The position numbers and the translations under genes were made by a program. Below are positions 8,810-19,447 of a DNA stretch of 64,000 bases, piece by piece. Below the pieces are notes generated by a model. It did no database searches, had not been told where the DNA came from, and saw only the letters and a list, made by a program, of their open reading frames with translations. Source of the DNA: Bdellovibrionota bacterium (GTDB taxonomy: Bacteria; Bdellovibrionota_C; UBA2361; CAKMMH01); the NCBI GenBank assembly GCA_050952645.1, contig JBMNLI010000017.1, positions 320,001 to 384,000 of the forward strand, in the 5' to 3' direction. Every line of letters starts with the position of its first letter. The stretch's first letter is position 1.

Positions 8810-10225
8810 CTACTTTCCTATGCAAAACTTTGAAAATATTTTTCCTAAGATATCCTCAGTATAAGTCTTTCCTATAATTTCTTCTAACGCACTTAAGGCA
8901 AGTCTTAACTCTGCACTTACTATTTCTATAGGTAAGTTTTTATCTATCGCATCTATTGAAGAAGATAAGCTAACGTAAGCTCTTTCTAAACAAGACTTAT
9001 GTCTTTCATTCGTAACTACTACCGAGCTTTCATTAGGGGAATATTTAGCCCTGACTTCTCTTTCAAGTTCTTTTAACAATACATCTATATTTATATTTTT
9101 TAACGCTGAAATTTTTACTATTTTTTTATCTTTTATAAGTTCTATTTTTTTATCCGATATATCAATTTTATTTTGAATAATCCAAAAATTCTTATTCTCA
9201 CTTTCTAAAAAATCGTAAAGCTCTTTACTTTCATCTATATTATCAAAATTTACTACGAGTAAAATTAAATTTGCCCAGTTGATTTTATTCTTTGCTAAAT
9301 CGATCCCTATTTTTTCTACTCGGCTATCGGTTTTGCAAATGCCAGCAGTATCGCAAAATATATACTCTAACCCATTAATAGTAGCGTGTTCTTCGATTAA
9401 ATCTCTAGTAGTTCCCGATATATCCGTGACTATCGCTCTTTCTTTATTAAGCAATCTATTAAGTAAACTACTTTTCCCAGCATTAGGAGTGCCTAAAATT
9501 AAGACTCTAAAGCCGTCCTTTACACATTGTCCATAATTAAACGAAGCTATATACTTTTTTATTATTTGATTAGCTGAAAATAAGCTATCCTTTATTTTTT
9601 CTAAGGAACTTGGGGCTATGTCTTCTTCAGGAAAATCTATGTTAGCTTCGAGCTGCACTAAAATATCTCTTAGTGGCGTTCCTATATCACTTACAGCTTT
9701 TGAAAACCTACCATCTAAATTTTCTTTAGAAAGCTTTAACGCTTCATTGGCATTAGATAAAATCACATCATTAACCGCTTCTGCTTGAACTAAATCTAAC
9801 TTGCCATTTAAAAAAGCTCTCTTTGTAAACTCCCCTGGCTCGGCAGGCTCTACGCCTAAACTATAAAGCATATTTAATATTTTTTCGACTATTAATGGAT
9901 TGCCATGAACGTGAAGCTCTGCGACATCTTCTCCTGTGTAGCTAAAAGGCGCTTTAAAATATATAACCACTCCACTATCTATTATATCGCTCGTGTTAGG
10001 ATGCACTATATCACCAAAATAGGCTACTCTAGGCTTTAGTAAACTAGACTTTGATAAACTATGCTTTGATGAACTAGAGTTTAATGATTTCGATGCTTTC
10101 GACAATTTAGAAATAAAAATTTTTTCTAATATGTCCTTAGTTTCATCACCACTAATTCTAATAATACAAATCCCTGCTTGAATAACTGGCGTTGCTGGTG
10201 CTGTTATAGTTTTAAAATCATTCAT
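8810..10225 (-). CDS. mnmE: tRNA modification GTPase MnmE (TrmE)
   Basis: SYTGEDVAELHVHG, PGEFTKRAFLNGKLDL, GTPNAGKSS, GTTRD, DTAG, NKID and C-terminal FCIGK. Confidence 0.98.
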   Translation of the reverse strand: MNDFKTITAPATPVIQAGICIIRISGDETKDILEKIFISKLSKASKSLNSSSSKHSLSKSSLLKPRVAYFGDIVHPNTSDIIDSGVVIYFKAPFSYTGEDVAELHVHGNPLIVEKILNMLYSLGVEPAEPGEFTKRAFLNGKLDLVQAEAVNDVILSNANEALKLSKENLDGRFSKAVSDIGTPLRDILVQLEANIDFPEEDIAPSSLEKIKDSLFSANQIIKKYIASFNYGQCVKDGFRVLILGTPNAGKSSLLNRLLNKERAIVTDISGTTRDLIEEHATINGLEYIFCDTAGICKTDSRVEKIGIDLAKNKINWANLILLVVNFDNIDESKELYDFLESENKNFWIIQNKIDISDKKIELIKDKKIVKISALKNINIDVLLKELEREVRAKYSPNESSVVVTNERHKSCLERAYVSLSSSIDAIDKNLPIEIVSAELRLALSALEEIIGKTYTEDILGKIFSKFCIGK

Positions 10226-10478
10226 ATAATTTAAATATAATAATTAAAGATTTTTTTCACATTTTAAAGAAATTTTAAGCTCTTTATTAGCCCCTTCCCT
10301 TTCTTTTCTTTTTTCTTGCTCTCTTTTTTTTTATTGTTTCTTTATTGTTTCTTTGCTTCTTATTTTTCTTTTCTTTTTCCTCGTTTCCTAGCAGAGTCTA
10401 AAAGAAACAATTTTTCTAACCCGCCTAAAACGTGAAAGAACTAGAAATTTGCATAAAATAAATTACTTTAATATAGCT

Positions 10479-12299
10479 TTAAAATAACGTTAAAATATAA
10501 CCTAATCCATAAATTACAGCACTTCCAATCAAAGTTCCTTTTAATGGAGAAACTTTATTTCCTTCAGATTTTAAAATTTGTTGCTGAATAATAGAAATTA
10601 AGTTATTAGTAAGCCAATACAAAACTAGCCCTGATGGAAATGGACTTACTATAAAAATAACCGTAAAAATAATAGGCGTTAAAAGCATAGCTTTTCTTTG
10701 CGCTGGGTCTGCAGCCGATGGGGTGCTAAGCTGCTGAACGAACATGCTCACTCCCATAAGCAAAATCATTACAGGAACGCCTACACTTCCAATATACAAT
10801 TTTTCAGGTGCAGATAAATCTGTAATCCATAAGGCAAACGAAGAATGTCTTAAACTAATAGAGTTTAAAAGCGCTGAATAAAGTCCAAAAAACACTGGTA
10901 TTTGTATAAGTATCGGGAGACAACCACTAAGAGGATTGATATTATGTTTTTTATATAGCTCCATCACTTCTTGATTCAATTTATTTGGCTCTTTTATCCT
11001 CTCTTTTAACTCTTGCATCTTAGGTTGAAGCTCTGCCATTTTGCTCATCGACCGCATGCTAGTAGATGTCAAAGGTAAAAATAATAATTTAATAAAAAGC
11101 GTTAATAAAATTATCGCTAATCCATAATTTTTACTAACAAAATAGAAAAATTTTAAAAGGTATAATAAGGGCACTGAAACTATACTAAAAGTGCCTAAAT
11201 CAACACTTCTTTCTAACTCAAAACTTAAATTTTTTAATATATCTCTATCTTTAGGGCCTACGTATAGTTTAATATTTTTATTTAATGAGTCTAATTTTCC
11301 TTGAATTATAAAATTATTATTATCTACGCCAAAGCGTGTATTATTGCCAACGGTTTGTGGAATTAAAATACTAGTAAAATATTTATACCCCGTGCTTATC
11401 CAAATATTATCTCCCATATCTTGAACTAGAGCATGTTTTTCTTTTAAACCTACTTTTTTAACTTTTTTATCATCTTTTCTAAAATATAAAATTGAATACT
11501 CATTATACCTATCTTTATTATCATCATCTCTTTTATGTTGCCACTCTAACCAAGCATTATCATTTTCACTAAGTAGCGGAAAAGAAACATCGAAAAGATA
11601 CGAATCTGCATTTAATGAAATCACTTTTTTTATCATTGAAGCGTCTGAATTATTAGCATTATTAGCATTATTAGCATTATTGACATTATTAGTATTATTA
11701 GTTTCATCAATGCTAGTTAAGACGATTTTTGCGTCTCCTTTAATTTTAAAAGTATCATTATTTATTTTCTCTACATCACCGCTTTCAATACTAAAATTAT
11801 ATTTTACGAAATCATCTCTTTTACCGTTATATATAAGTGCTAATGGATAAAAGGTGCCTTTTGGAATATCGATAAGCTCTACTAACTCTTTAGATTCTAA
11901 ACTTACTGGATATTTTTTTAATTTATAAGAAATAAGTTTTCCACCAAGACTAGAAATTTCAAACTCTGCAACATTTGTTATAAATTTTTTAGCACCACGT
12001 TGTAAAGTTTCTTTAGTTGGAACAGCTACATTAGTGTTTGCTACATTGTTTATTACTACTTGATTTTGATTTATATTTTGCGGAGCATTATTTAAGGTAT
12101 TATTTAACGCATCGTTTTTCGCATATTGGTTTTGCGATATTTGATTTTGAGCTATTTGATTTTGTGCTATCTGCTGATTTGCTATCTGCTGATTTATAGC
12201 GTTAACATCTGGCTTTGGCACGACCATGTTCATATACATAACTATAACTAGCACACTTAAAACGATAGCAGTTGCCATTCTTTTTGAATTATTATTCAT
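10479..12299 (-). CDS. yidC: Membrane protein insertase YidC
   Basis: N-terminal TM, periplasmic domain, NYGLAIILLT, LQPKMQELKE, NPLSGCLPILIQIPVF, LWITDLS, PSGLVLYW. Confidence 0.97.
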   Translation of the reverse strand: MNNNSKRMATAIVLSVLVIVMYMNMVVPKPDVNAINQQIANQQIAQNQIAQNQISQNQYAKNDALNNTLNNAPQNINQNQVVINNVANTNVAVPTKETLQRGAKKFITNVAEFEISSLGGKLISYKLKKYPVSLESKELVELIDIPKGTFYPLALIYNGKRDDFVKYNFSIESGDVEKINNDTFKIKGDAKIVLTSIDETNNTNNVNNANNANNANNSDASMIKKVISLNADSYLFDVSFPLLSENDNAWLEWQHKRDDDNKDRYNEYSILYFRKDDKKVKKVGLKEKHALVQDMGDNIWISTGYKYFTSILIPQTVGNNTRFGVDNNNFIIQGKLDSLNKNIKLYVGPKDRDILKNLSFELERSVDLGTFSIVSVPLLYLLKFFYFVSKNYGLAIILLTLFIKLLFLPLTSTSMRSMSKMAELQPKMQELKERIKEPNKLNQEVMELYKKHNINPLSGCLPILIQIPVFFGLYSALLNSISLRHSSFALWITDLSAPEKLYIGSVGVPVMILLMGVSMFVQQLSTPSAADPAQRKAMLLTPIIFTVIFIVSPFPSGLVLYWLTNNLISIIQQQILKSEGNKVSPLKGTLIGSAVIYGLGYILTLF

Positions 12300-12443
12300 A
12301 ATAAAAAAATCCTTCGGAAAAAAATTTACTAATATTTAAATATTTAACTTTAAGACGATACCATAAACTAAAATTATCTTCCATAGCGTTATATTTTATA
12401 CTTATATTTTATACTTATATTTTATATTTATATTTATACTTTA

Positions 12444-13094
12444 TCACATTAACTTAGCTACAAAATTTAAAACTGGGGTTAAAATTTTAGAAAATGCTTC
12501 ACTAAAGACTACTAATAAAAGTATTATAAAACCGTATTTTTCAGTTTTAGCAAAATAGTAAGCTTGCTTTTTAGGAAGCAAAGCGTGGAGCACTCTTCCT
12601 CCATCTAATGGAAGTATTGGTATTAAATTAAAAAGCATTAAGACTACATTTACAATAACTGATGCTTGGAAATATGGAATTAAAAAAATTGAAACTCGTT
12701 CTAACAAGAAAAAATCCCAAAGAGAATTTATTAAAATGATACCATATATCGTAAAAAGTGAGATAATCGCCAAGCATAAGTTTGTTAAAGGTCCTGCAAG
12801 AGCTACTACTCCCATGCCTTTAATGGGACGCTTAAAATGCAAAGGATTTACGGGAACTGGCTTTGCACCACCTATTATAAAAGGAGATCCCATAAGTATT
12901 AGTGCTAGTGGAAAAAGAATAGTCATATATAAATCTATATGCACTAGTGGATTTAAGCTTAGACGCCCTAAGTTTTTAGCCGTAGGGTCGCCTAGTTTAA
13001 AAGCCGTGTAGCCGTGTGCTATTTCATGTAATATAACACTAATAAATAATGGCACTAAATAAATTGACAATTCATAAATCTTAATTAAACTCAT
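12444..13094 (-). CDS. Site-2 protease family (peptidase M50) protein
   Basis: HEIAH, GDPTAK, AGPLTN and FNLIPILPLDGG motifs. Confidence 0.95.
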   Translation of the reverse strand: MSLIKIYELSIYLVPLFISVILHEIAHGYTAFKLGDPTAKNLGRLSLNPLVHIDLYMTILFPLALILMGSPFIIGGAKPVPVNPLHFKRPIKGMGVVALAGPLTNLCLAIISLFTIYGIILINSLWDFFLLERVSIFLIPYFQASVIVNVVLMLFNLIPILPLDGGRVLHALLPKKQAYYFAKTEKYGFIILLLVVFSEAFSKILTPVLNFVAKLM

Positions 13095-13200
13095 AAGTTA
13101 GAAGTTTATTTTATATTTTTTAATAATGCAATAATTGGAATGTAGGTTTACTTTTAAGTTTTTTTATAGGAAACCTTATAGCTTTAAAAAGTTTTTTTAT

Positions 13201-15186
13201 ATGAATATAAATCGCAATTTATTTTTTTCGTCTATATCTATTTTAATAGTGACTGTCGTTTCTTTCTTTACTTACTTTTATAATAGAGATTCTTATAATA
13301 AATTTATTTGGGATGAGCATTACCACGTAGCTAGTGCGCAAAAGTATATAAACCATGTTCATTTTATGGAACCACACCCACCTTTTGGAAAAATGATTAT
13401 CGCTTGGGGAGAGCAATTATTAAAATATAATAAAAAAAACGATCAACTTATAAACAAGATGAAATCAGAGGGGCAAGATTTACCTGAAGATTTTTCTTTC
13501 TCTGGATATAGATTTTTTCCCATGCTTCTTGCTTGGCTTTTAGCTCCGCTCTTATTTTTAATAGTAAAAAATTTAACTAAAAGCAATATTATAGCGCTTG
13601 GTTTTTCGCTGTTTTACGCCCTAGACAATGCGATGCTCGTTCATTTTAGAACCGCCATGTTAGATGCAACGCTTCTTTTTTTTATGACTCTAAATTTTTA
13701 TCTATTTTTACTTATTAGAAAGAGAATTTTAAATTCAAAAGACGCTACTTTTTTATCTATTCTTTTTGGTATTAGTTTTGCGCTTACGATGACGACTAAA
13801 GTCACGGGGCTTATAAATATAATTTTTCCTATTTGGCTACTATATTTAGCGTTTGTAAATTTTGCAAATAAGGCAAAAATATTAAAACTTCTTTTCGCTA
13901 TGATTATACCTTTTTTTATAACTTACTTTGCGGTTTGGGAATACCATTTTGCGCATGGCACAAAGGTTATTTCTTCGTTAGATGCTAAGGGATATTTTAT
14001 TAAGAACGATGATAAATTAAAAGAGATATTAGATAACAAGCAGGGAGCAAACCCTTTAAATTACTTTACGATGTTAAAATACAATGCTTTTCAATTTGTT
14101 AAGCAGTATGAAAAGGGAGTTCCGCATCTTAATTTATGCAATGAGGCGGAAAATGGAAGCCCATTTTTTATGTGGCCTATCGGAGCTCGTGCTATTCAGT
14201 ATGTTCAGCACACGAAAAACAATATTACTAAATATTTATATCTGCAAGTTAACCCCATAGTTTGGCTAGTAGGGCTTATAGGAATTATCGTTGGGCTTAG
14301 TGTTTTTGTAGTTTCATTATTTTGCGATGTTCCCATTATAAAAGATGAAGATAAAGATAAAGATAAAAACAAAGACAAAGATATTTTTTATATTCTTATA
14401 TTGTCGTATCTAGGCTATATGGCAGCCATTGGGCTTATAGATAGGGTTATGTATTTATATCATTATTTTCCAGCATTGATTTTTTCTTTATTGATAGCTG
14501 CAATGCTTTTTAAAAATACCGATAAACTTTTTAATTTTAATATTTCAAAAATGTTTAAGGTGTTTTTTATAGCATTTTTAAGTATTTTATCTATTATAGC
14601 TTTTTATATTTATACGCCTTTAACTTATTTTAAGCCTATCCCGCAAGATTATATAAAAAAGCTATCACTAAATTCTATGTGGGATTTAAAGTGTCCTAAT
14701 TGTGAAAGGACTAATCATTTTGCTAAACCAATAGAAAAGAAAGGTAGTAATAGAACCTTTGAAACTAATTTAGCTTTAGGGGATGTCGATTCTTTTTACG
14801 TCCAACAAGATTGGGGCGAACCGCAGATTGGGCAGAGTGTTATTAAAAAAGAAGTGTTAGTAAACGATAAAAAGTATAATTATATTTTTGGCTTGCATGC
14901 TAATTCTAAAATTAAGTATAGATTAAAGGGACGATTTAACACTTTTTCAAGTTTTGTAGGACTTCCAGATTATTTAATAAACGATGATGGGCAAGGGAGT
15001 ATAATTTTTAAAGTTATAGGTGATGGCAAAGTTTTATGGCAATCTTCTAAGATGCAAGCAGGAAAACGTGCTGAAATGGCGCACGTTAATGTTAAGGGCA
15101 TTAATATATTAGAGCTAGTAATGGACGGCACAGGGGATGCCATAGATTACGACCACGGAGTTTGGCTAGAGCCTAGATTAAACTAG
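13201..15186 (+). CDS. Dolichyl-phosphate-mannose:protein O-mannosyltransferase-like (PMT/GT-C) with C-terminal NPCBM/NEW2 domain
   Basis: WDEHYH, HPPFGK, RTAMLD, RVMYLYHYFPAL. C-terminal GLHANSKIKY...FKVIGDGKVLWQS...DHGVW is typical of NPCBM. Start is 13201 or 13135. Confidence 0.88.
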   Translation: MNINRNLFFSSISILIVTVVSFFTYFYNRDSYNKFIWDEHYHVASAQKYINHVHFMEPHPPFGKMIIAWGEQLLKYNKKNDQLINKMKSEGQDLPEDFSFSGYRFFPMLLAWLLAPLLFLIVKNLTKSNIIALGFSLFYALDNAMLVHFRTAMLDATLLFFMTLNFYLFLLIRKRILNSKDATFLSILFGISFALTMTTKVTGLINIIFPIWLLYLAFVNFANKAKILKLLFAMIIPFFITYFAVWEYHFAHGTKVISSLDAKGYFIKNDDKLKEILDNKQGANPLNYFTMLKYNAFQFVKQYEKGVPHLNLCNEAENGSPFFMWPIGARAIQYVQHTKNNITKYLYLQVNPIVWLVGLIGIIVGLSVFVVSLFCDVPIIKDEDKDKDKNKDKDIFYILILSYLGYMAAIGLIDRVMYLYHYFPALIFSLLIAAMLFKNTDKLFNFNISKMFKVFFIAFLSILSIIAFYIYTPLTYFKPIPQDYIKKLSLNSMWDLKCPNCERTNHFAKPIEKKGSNRTFETNLALGDVDSFYVQQDWGEPQIGQSVIKKEVLVNDKKYNYIFGLHANSKIKYRLKGRFNTFSSFVGLPDYLINDDGQGSIIFKVIGDGKVLWQSSKMQAGKRAEMAHVNVKGINILELVMDGTGDAIDYDHGVWLEPRLN

Positions 15187-15252
15187 AAATTAGACTAGAA
15201 AAAAAATATTTGCATTCTTTTTTATGCAATTAAATAAGGCTTTTCTAAAAAA

Positions 15253-16095
15253 CTATACTTTCTTTTTTTCTAGGAATTTTTGATGCTCATCTTTAACTAT
15301 TTCCATCGCCTCGGCTGGAGTATCGACTAAATGAACGAAATCAAAATCTTTATCACTTATAAGCTTTCTTCTATTTGGCTCCGCATGCATCCAATCTAAC
15401 AATCCCTGCCAATAAGATTTATCTAATAGTATTATAGGACGCATCGCAATATGCTTTACCTGAACTAATTGCCAAGAGAAAAATAACTCTAAAAGAGTGC
15501 CTATCCCACCAGGGGTGCAAATAACTATATTAGAAAGTCTCATAAAATCATCTAGCCTATGCGAGAAACGATAGTGATGCCTCCTAACATCTAAATGAAT
15601 ATTAGGGTCAGGCTCAAACTCTAATTGTATCGGCAAACCAAAAGATAAACTTCTAGTATTATTCTCTTGTTGCCCTATCTCCGCTCCATAGTTTCCGGCC
15701 TCCATAAGCCCTGGGCCTCCACCCGTTAAAACATCTATGCCCTCTCTTGCTAAAAGCCTTGCTAGCTCAAACACCATATCATAAACTGGATCTCCTGCCT
15801 TTATTCTAGCACTTCCAAAAACACACGCCCTAAAAAATCTTCCCTCATCTAACTTGAGCATCTTATCTTCTATAATCATCGCTCTTTGATGTAGAAATCT
15901 TAGCCTCTCATCTAAATGTTTTTTAATATCACTATTAGTTATCTTTCCATCATCTTCTTTAGACTGTTTCCTAAATTTTTTATAAGCGCTAGATGGATTT
16001 CTTTCCGCTACCCTAAAACCATTCTTACTATTTTCATCAATATTGCTATTATTATTATTGCTATTATTACTACTATTATTACTACTATCGACCAT
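15253..16095 (-). CDS. LOG family (TIGR00730-like) nucleotide phosphoribohydrolase
   Basis: VFGSAR, TGGGPGLMEA and PGGIGTLLELF motifs. Confidence 0.93.
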   Translation of the reverse strand: MVDSSNNSSNNSNNNNSNIDENSKNGFRVAERNPSSAYKKFRKQSKEDDGKITNSDIKKHLDERLRFLHQRAMIIEDKMLKLDEGRFFRACVFGSARIKAGDPVYDMVFELARLLAREGIDVLTGGGPGLMEAGNYGAEIGQQENNTRSLSFGLPIQLEFEPDPNIHLDVRRHHYRFSHRLDDFMRLSNIVICTPGGIGTLLELFFSWQLVQVKHIAMRPIILLDKSYWQGLLDWMHAEPNRRKLISDKDFDFVHLVDTPAEAMEIVKDEHQKFLEKKKV

Positions 16096-16345
16096 TACTA
16101 AAACTCCTAATTTACAAAACTTTATTAAAACTTTACTTAAATTTTTCTTTACTTAAATTTTTAAAGAATACCTTTATAACAAATATTAAACAAAAACTCT
16201 ACTCTGTATTTTATATCGGAAAAAATATAAAATAACTATAATGAAAATAATAATGAAAAAACAAATAAAATAACAAATAAAAAATAAGTAAAACAAAAAA
16301 TAAAATAAAAAGTAAAACAAGAAGTAAAACAAGAAGTAAAATAAA

Positions 16346-17017
16346 ATGATAAATAAAGAGTTAATAGCAGGAATAGATGAGGTTGGACGTGGTCCCCTGA
16401 TAGGTCCCGTAACTATCGGAGCCGTAATACTAGGGAACTACACTAATAAAGACCTTACGGATTCAAAGAAACTTTCTCGAAAAAAACGCGAATTATTATC
16501 TAATGAAATAAAAGAAAACGCATTCTCTTGGATTATCGTAAATATCGGGCCAGATATTATAGAAGAAAAAAATATCTTAAATGCCACTCTTTACGGAATG
16601 AAAATAGCTAGTGAAAAAATAAACGCAGATAGCTATTTAATAGATGGAAATAAAAAAATCGATATAATTAAACCACAAAAAACAATTATAAAAGGAGACT
16701 TATTATGCAAGGAAATTTCCGCAGCTTCTATTATCGCAAAAGTATGGCGCGACAACTATATGCTACTACTATCAAAAGATTTTCCTCAATATGGATTTGA
16801 AAAAAATGCAGGATACCCAACTAAACAACATAAAGAAGCTATTAGTAAATTTTACCCGACACCTTTTCATAGGCAATCCTTTAGAGGCGTCAAAGAGTTT
16901 GCACATTACCAACCCTTTTTTAAAAATTACTCTAAAAATATTAAAATATACAAAGAAAAAACGCCTAATATTCACTTTGGCATTTATTGGGAAATGGGGG
17001 GAACGCAAAGCTTGTAA
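16346..17017 (+). CDS. rnhB: Ribonuclease HII (possibly fused to YraN)
   Basis: GIDEVGRGP, DSKKLS, IDGN, KGD, ISAASIIAKVWRD, GYPTKQH, HRQSF. Confidence 0.96.
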   Translation: MINKELIAGIDEVGRGPLIGPVTIGAVILGNYTNKDLTDSKKLSRKKRELLSNEIKENAFSWIIVNIGPDIIEEKNILNATLYGMKIASEKINADSYLIDGNKKIDIIKPQKTIIKGDLLCKEISAASIIAKVWRDNYMLLLSKDFPQYGFEKNAGYPTKQHKEAISKFYPTPFHRQSFRGVKEFAHYQPFFKNYSKNIKIYKEKTPNIHFGIYWEMGGTQSL

Positions 17018-17366
17018 ATACTTAAAGCGTAAAGGTTTTTTTATTGAAGATACGAATATTAAAAATAAAGTCTCTGAAATAGATATTATAGCATTTAATA
17101 AAAATACTTTAGTATTCGCTGAGGTAAAAACTCGCCATATTAAAAGCGCCGTAAGATTTCCAATATTTGAAACTATTACGGAGCATAAATTAAAACATAT
17201 CGCTCGTGGTATTAGAATTTATAAAAATAATAATTACGCTACACTAAAACGAAGACGTATAAAATATATAAGAAACGACTTTATTTTTATTCACTACAAA
17301 AATTCTTTTTTAGGATTTCCAAAAGTAGTCGAGATTATGGAAACCTCTTACGATAAACTTTCTTAG
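16986..17366 (+). CDS. yraN: YraN (UPF0102) endonuclease-like domain without a convincing start of its own
   Basis: GKWGERKACKYLKRKG...EIDIIA...LVFAEVKTR. The available starts lie inside rnhB without an RBS. Confidence 0.8.
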   Translation: MGKWGERKACKYLKRKGFFIEDTNIKNKVSEIDIIAFNKNTLVFAEVKTRHIKSAVRFPIFETITEHKLKHIARGIRIYKNNNYATLKRRRIKYIRNDFIFIHYKNSFLGFPKVVEIMETSYDKLS

Positions 17367-17370
17367 CAAT

Positions 17371-17426
17371 AAAAAAAAGACCTCATAGAGGCACACGCAT
17401 TCTGCGTAAATGCTCTATAAGGTCCT
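17371..17426. terminator. Terminator between convergent genes
   Basis: A-run plus GACCTCATAGAG...CTCTATAAGGTC imperfect hairpin. Confidence 0.55.
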
Positions 17427-17459
17427 AACTAAAATTTATAACGAAAGTAAAGAAGAAGC

Positions 17460-18347
17460 TTAAAGAAATGCTTGATAGCTTTCCACACCTTCATAAGTTT
17501 TGCGTCCATTTGCTTTCGCTAGTAAAGCATAATGCTCCTTAAGTTGCCGCTTCAACTTTTTCACCTCAGATGAACTTAACTTTTTAGCTATCTCTTTACA
17601 GTACTCGACAAGCCAGCCATCACCATTAGGGGCATTTCTTGCTTGAATTCTTCGCACTCTATACTCTACCAAAAGACCGTCTAAATTTTCTAAGTTTAAA
17701 TCCGCTTGGGGTTCAATGCTCCACTTATCTAATCTTATTTCACCCTCTTTTTCATCGAACAGATACATAGGAACCCTATCATATCTTTCGTTAGAAAAAT
17801 AAACGGTACCATACTTTCGCTCCCCGAGCGGTTCAGGAGTAAAAGTTTGCGAGTTTGTTTGAAATACTACATAATTATTATTTGGCATCTCAACAAGCTC
17901 ACATAGAGACTTAATTCTTTGCTTAGTAGCTTTGCTGTATTCTGCCTTGCTTGCTTGCTTATGAACTAAGCCCCCATACTCTTCTAAAATTTTAGAAATC
18001 AAGGTTTCAAGCTCTGTTTCCCTATCACGCTCTAGCTTAGCGAACAATTCTACATCTTTAAAATTATAAAAGTAGAAGCTTAAAACAAACTCAGCGATAT
18101 GCAAAAAAACGATCTTATACCGCAGTTGCTCGCACAGTTGCCCGTCAAGCTTATCTAAACTTTGTAAACTAGGAATGTTCAAAGTTTCAACTTTCGTTAA
18201 CATATCGAATGCGCCTGCTCTTACTAATTCTTCATCTAGTTTTGATTTTTGTTTAAAAAAATCGGGAAAAAATTTAAGCAGGTCATCAAAAACCTGTTCG
18301 GGACGTTTTTTATCAAAACTCCCATCATTAACACCAGAAATCATCAC
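17460..18347 (-). CDS. Hypothetical protein
   Basis: 295-aa ORF with GTG start and AAGG upstream. No family recognised. Confidence 0.65.
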   Translation of the reverse strand: MMISGVNDGSFDKKRPEQVFDDLLKFFPDFFKQKSKLDEELVRAGAFDMLTKVETLNIPSLQSLDKLDGQLCEQLRYKIVFLHIAEFVLSFYFYNFKDVELFAKLERDRETELETLISKILEEYGGLVHKQASKAEYSKATKQRIKSLCELVEMPNNNYVVFQTNSQTFTPEPLGERKYGTVYFSNERYDRVPMYLFDEKEGEIRLDKWSIEPQADLNLENLDGLLVEYRVRRIQARNAPNGDGWLVEYCKEIAKKLSSSEVKKLKRQLKEHYALLAKANGRKTYEGVESYQAFL

Positions 18348-18675
18348 AACCTTAGCTTTCTATATCTTAATTTTGTTTCTTTTATCTATTTATTTATATT
18401 TTTAAAAGGCTTTTAAATAAGCCTTTTTTAAACAAAATAATTTTATATTATAATATATTAAAACTATTAAAACAATTTTATTTTTCATAAAAATTTTTAA
18501 AACTAATAGAGATACTTTTTTTATTAAAAATTTTATTACAAATAAGATTACTTACCGATAATCCATTAAAGTTTTTATAAATTTAATTCCGATAATATCT
18601 TAAGATAAGATTTACAAATAATTTTTTTTTATTAGCAGATATAAAATAAAAAAAACATAAAACATAAAATATAAA

Positions 18676-19320
18676 ATGAGTAATGATATAAATAACAACA
18701 ACCAAATAAAATGTAGCAAAAAAGAAAAACAAAAGAGCAACTATCGGAGACATAACGAGGATGTAAAGCAAGCTAGATTAGAAAATGCAAAAGAAATAGT
18801 AAAAAGCATTAATAAAAAAGAAAAAAAAATAAGCGATAAATCGAAGCGTTTTATCTTAGCTAGTTTTAGTATTTTATTATTTATTATCATATTATTAGCA
18901 GTTATTTTAAAGCTTTTTCTTTATTCTCCTTTAAGCGTTCAATTTTTTTATAGTCTTTTATTTTTTTCTTCATTTATGTATTTGGGAACCGTTTTCTATA
19001 TTACCATAGAAACTTTTATTGAAGCTAAAGCTTACTCACTTCTTTCACTGTTTATCCCACTATTTTTTATTTTTGGATATTTTAGTAAAAAAATTAGAAA
19101 GCTTGTAGGCGTAGCTATTACGTTTCGTGTATTATTCTATATTTTAAATGCGATCTCAATTTTTATGCTATGCAAACTTCAAGATTTGTCTGCTAAGCAA
19201 TTAATGGAAATAATTAGCGATAATTTAAGTTTTGCAAACGATATATTAAATAATGTATTAGATAAGACGGATAAACTATTTGATTTTCTTTTTAATCCTA
19301 ATGACCCTAGATATAATTAA
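18676..19320 (+). CDS. Hypothetical membrane protein
   Basis: 214 aa with a charged N-terminus and about 4 hydrophobic segments. Confidence 0.7.
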   Translation: MSNDINNNNQIKCSKKEKQKSNYRRHNEDVKQARLENAKEIVKSINKKEKKISDKSKRFILASFSILLFIIILLAVILKLFLYSPLSVQFFYSLLFFSSFMYLGTVFYITIETFIEAKAYSLLSLFIPLFFIFGYFSKKIRKLVGVAITFRVLFYILNAISIFMLCKLQDLSAKQLMEIISDNLSFANDILNNVLDKTDKLFDFLFNPNDPRYN

Positions 19321-19384
19321 GGAAAATCCTAAAAAAACTCTCTTTCTTTAAAAAACCTACTATCAACTTTACTAAAAGTTAAAT

Positions 19385-19447
19385 AAAAAAAGACGAGGCT
19401 CTTGAAGATAATATCTCTACTGAGATAATAAAAGAACCCTCGTCTTT
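19385..19447 (-). terminator. Intrinsic terminator (possibly bidirectional)
   Basis: A-run plus AAAGACGAGG (19389-19398) / CCTCGTCTTT (19438-19447). Confidence 0.65.
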
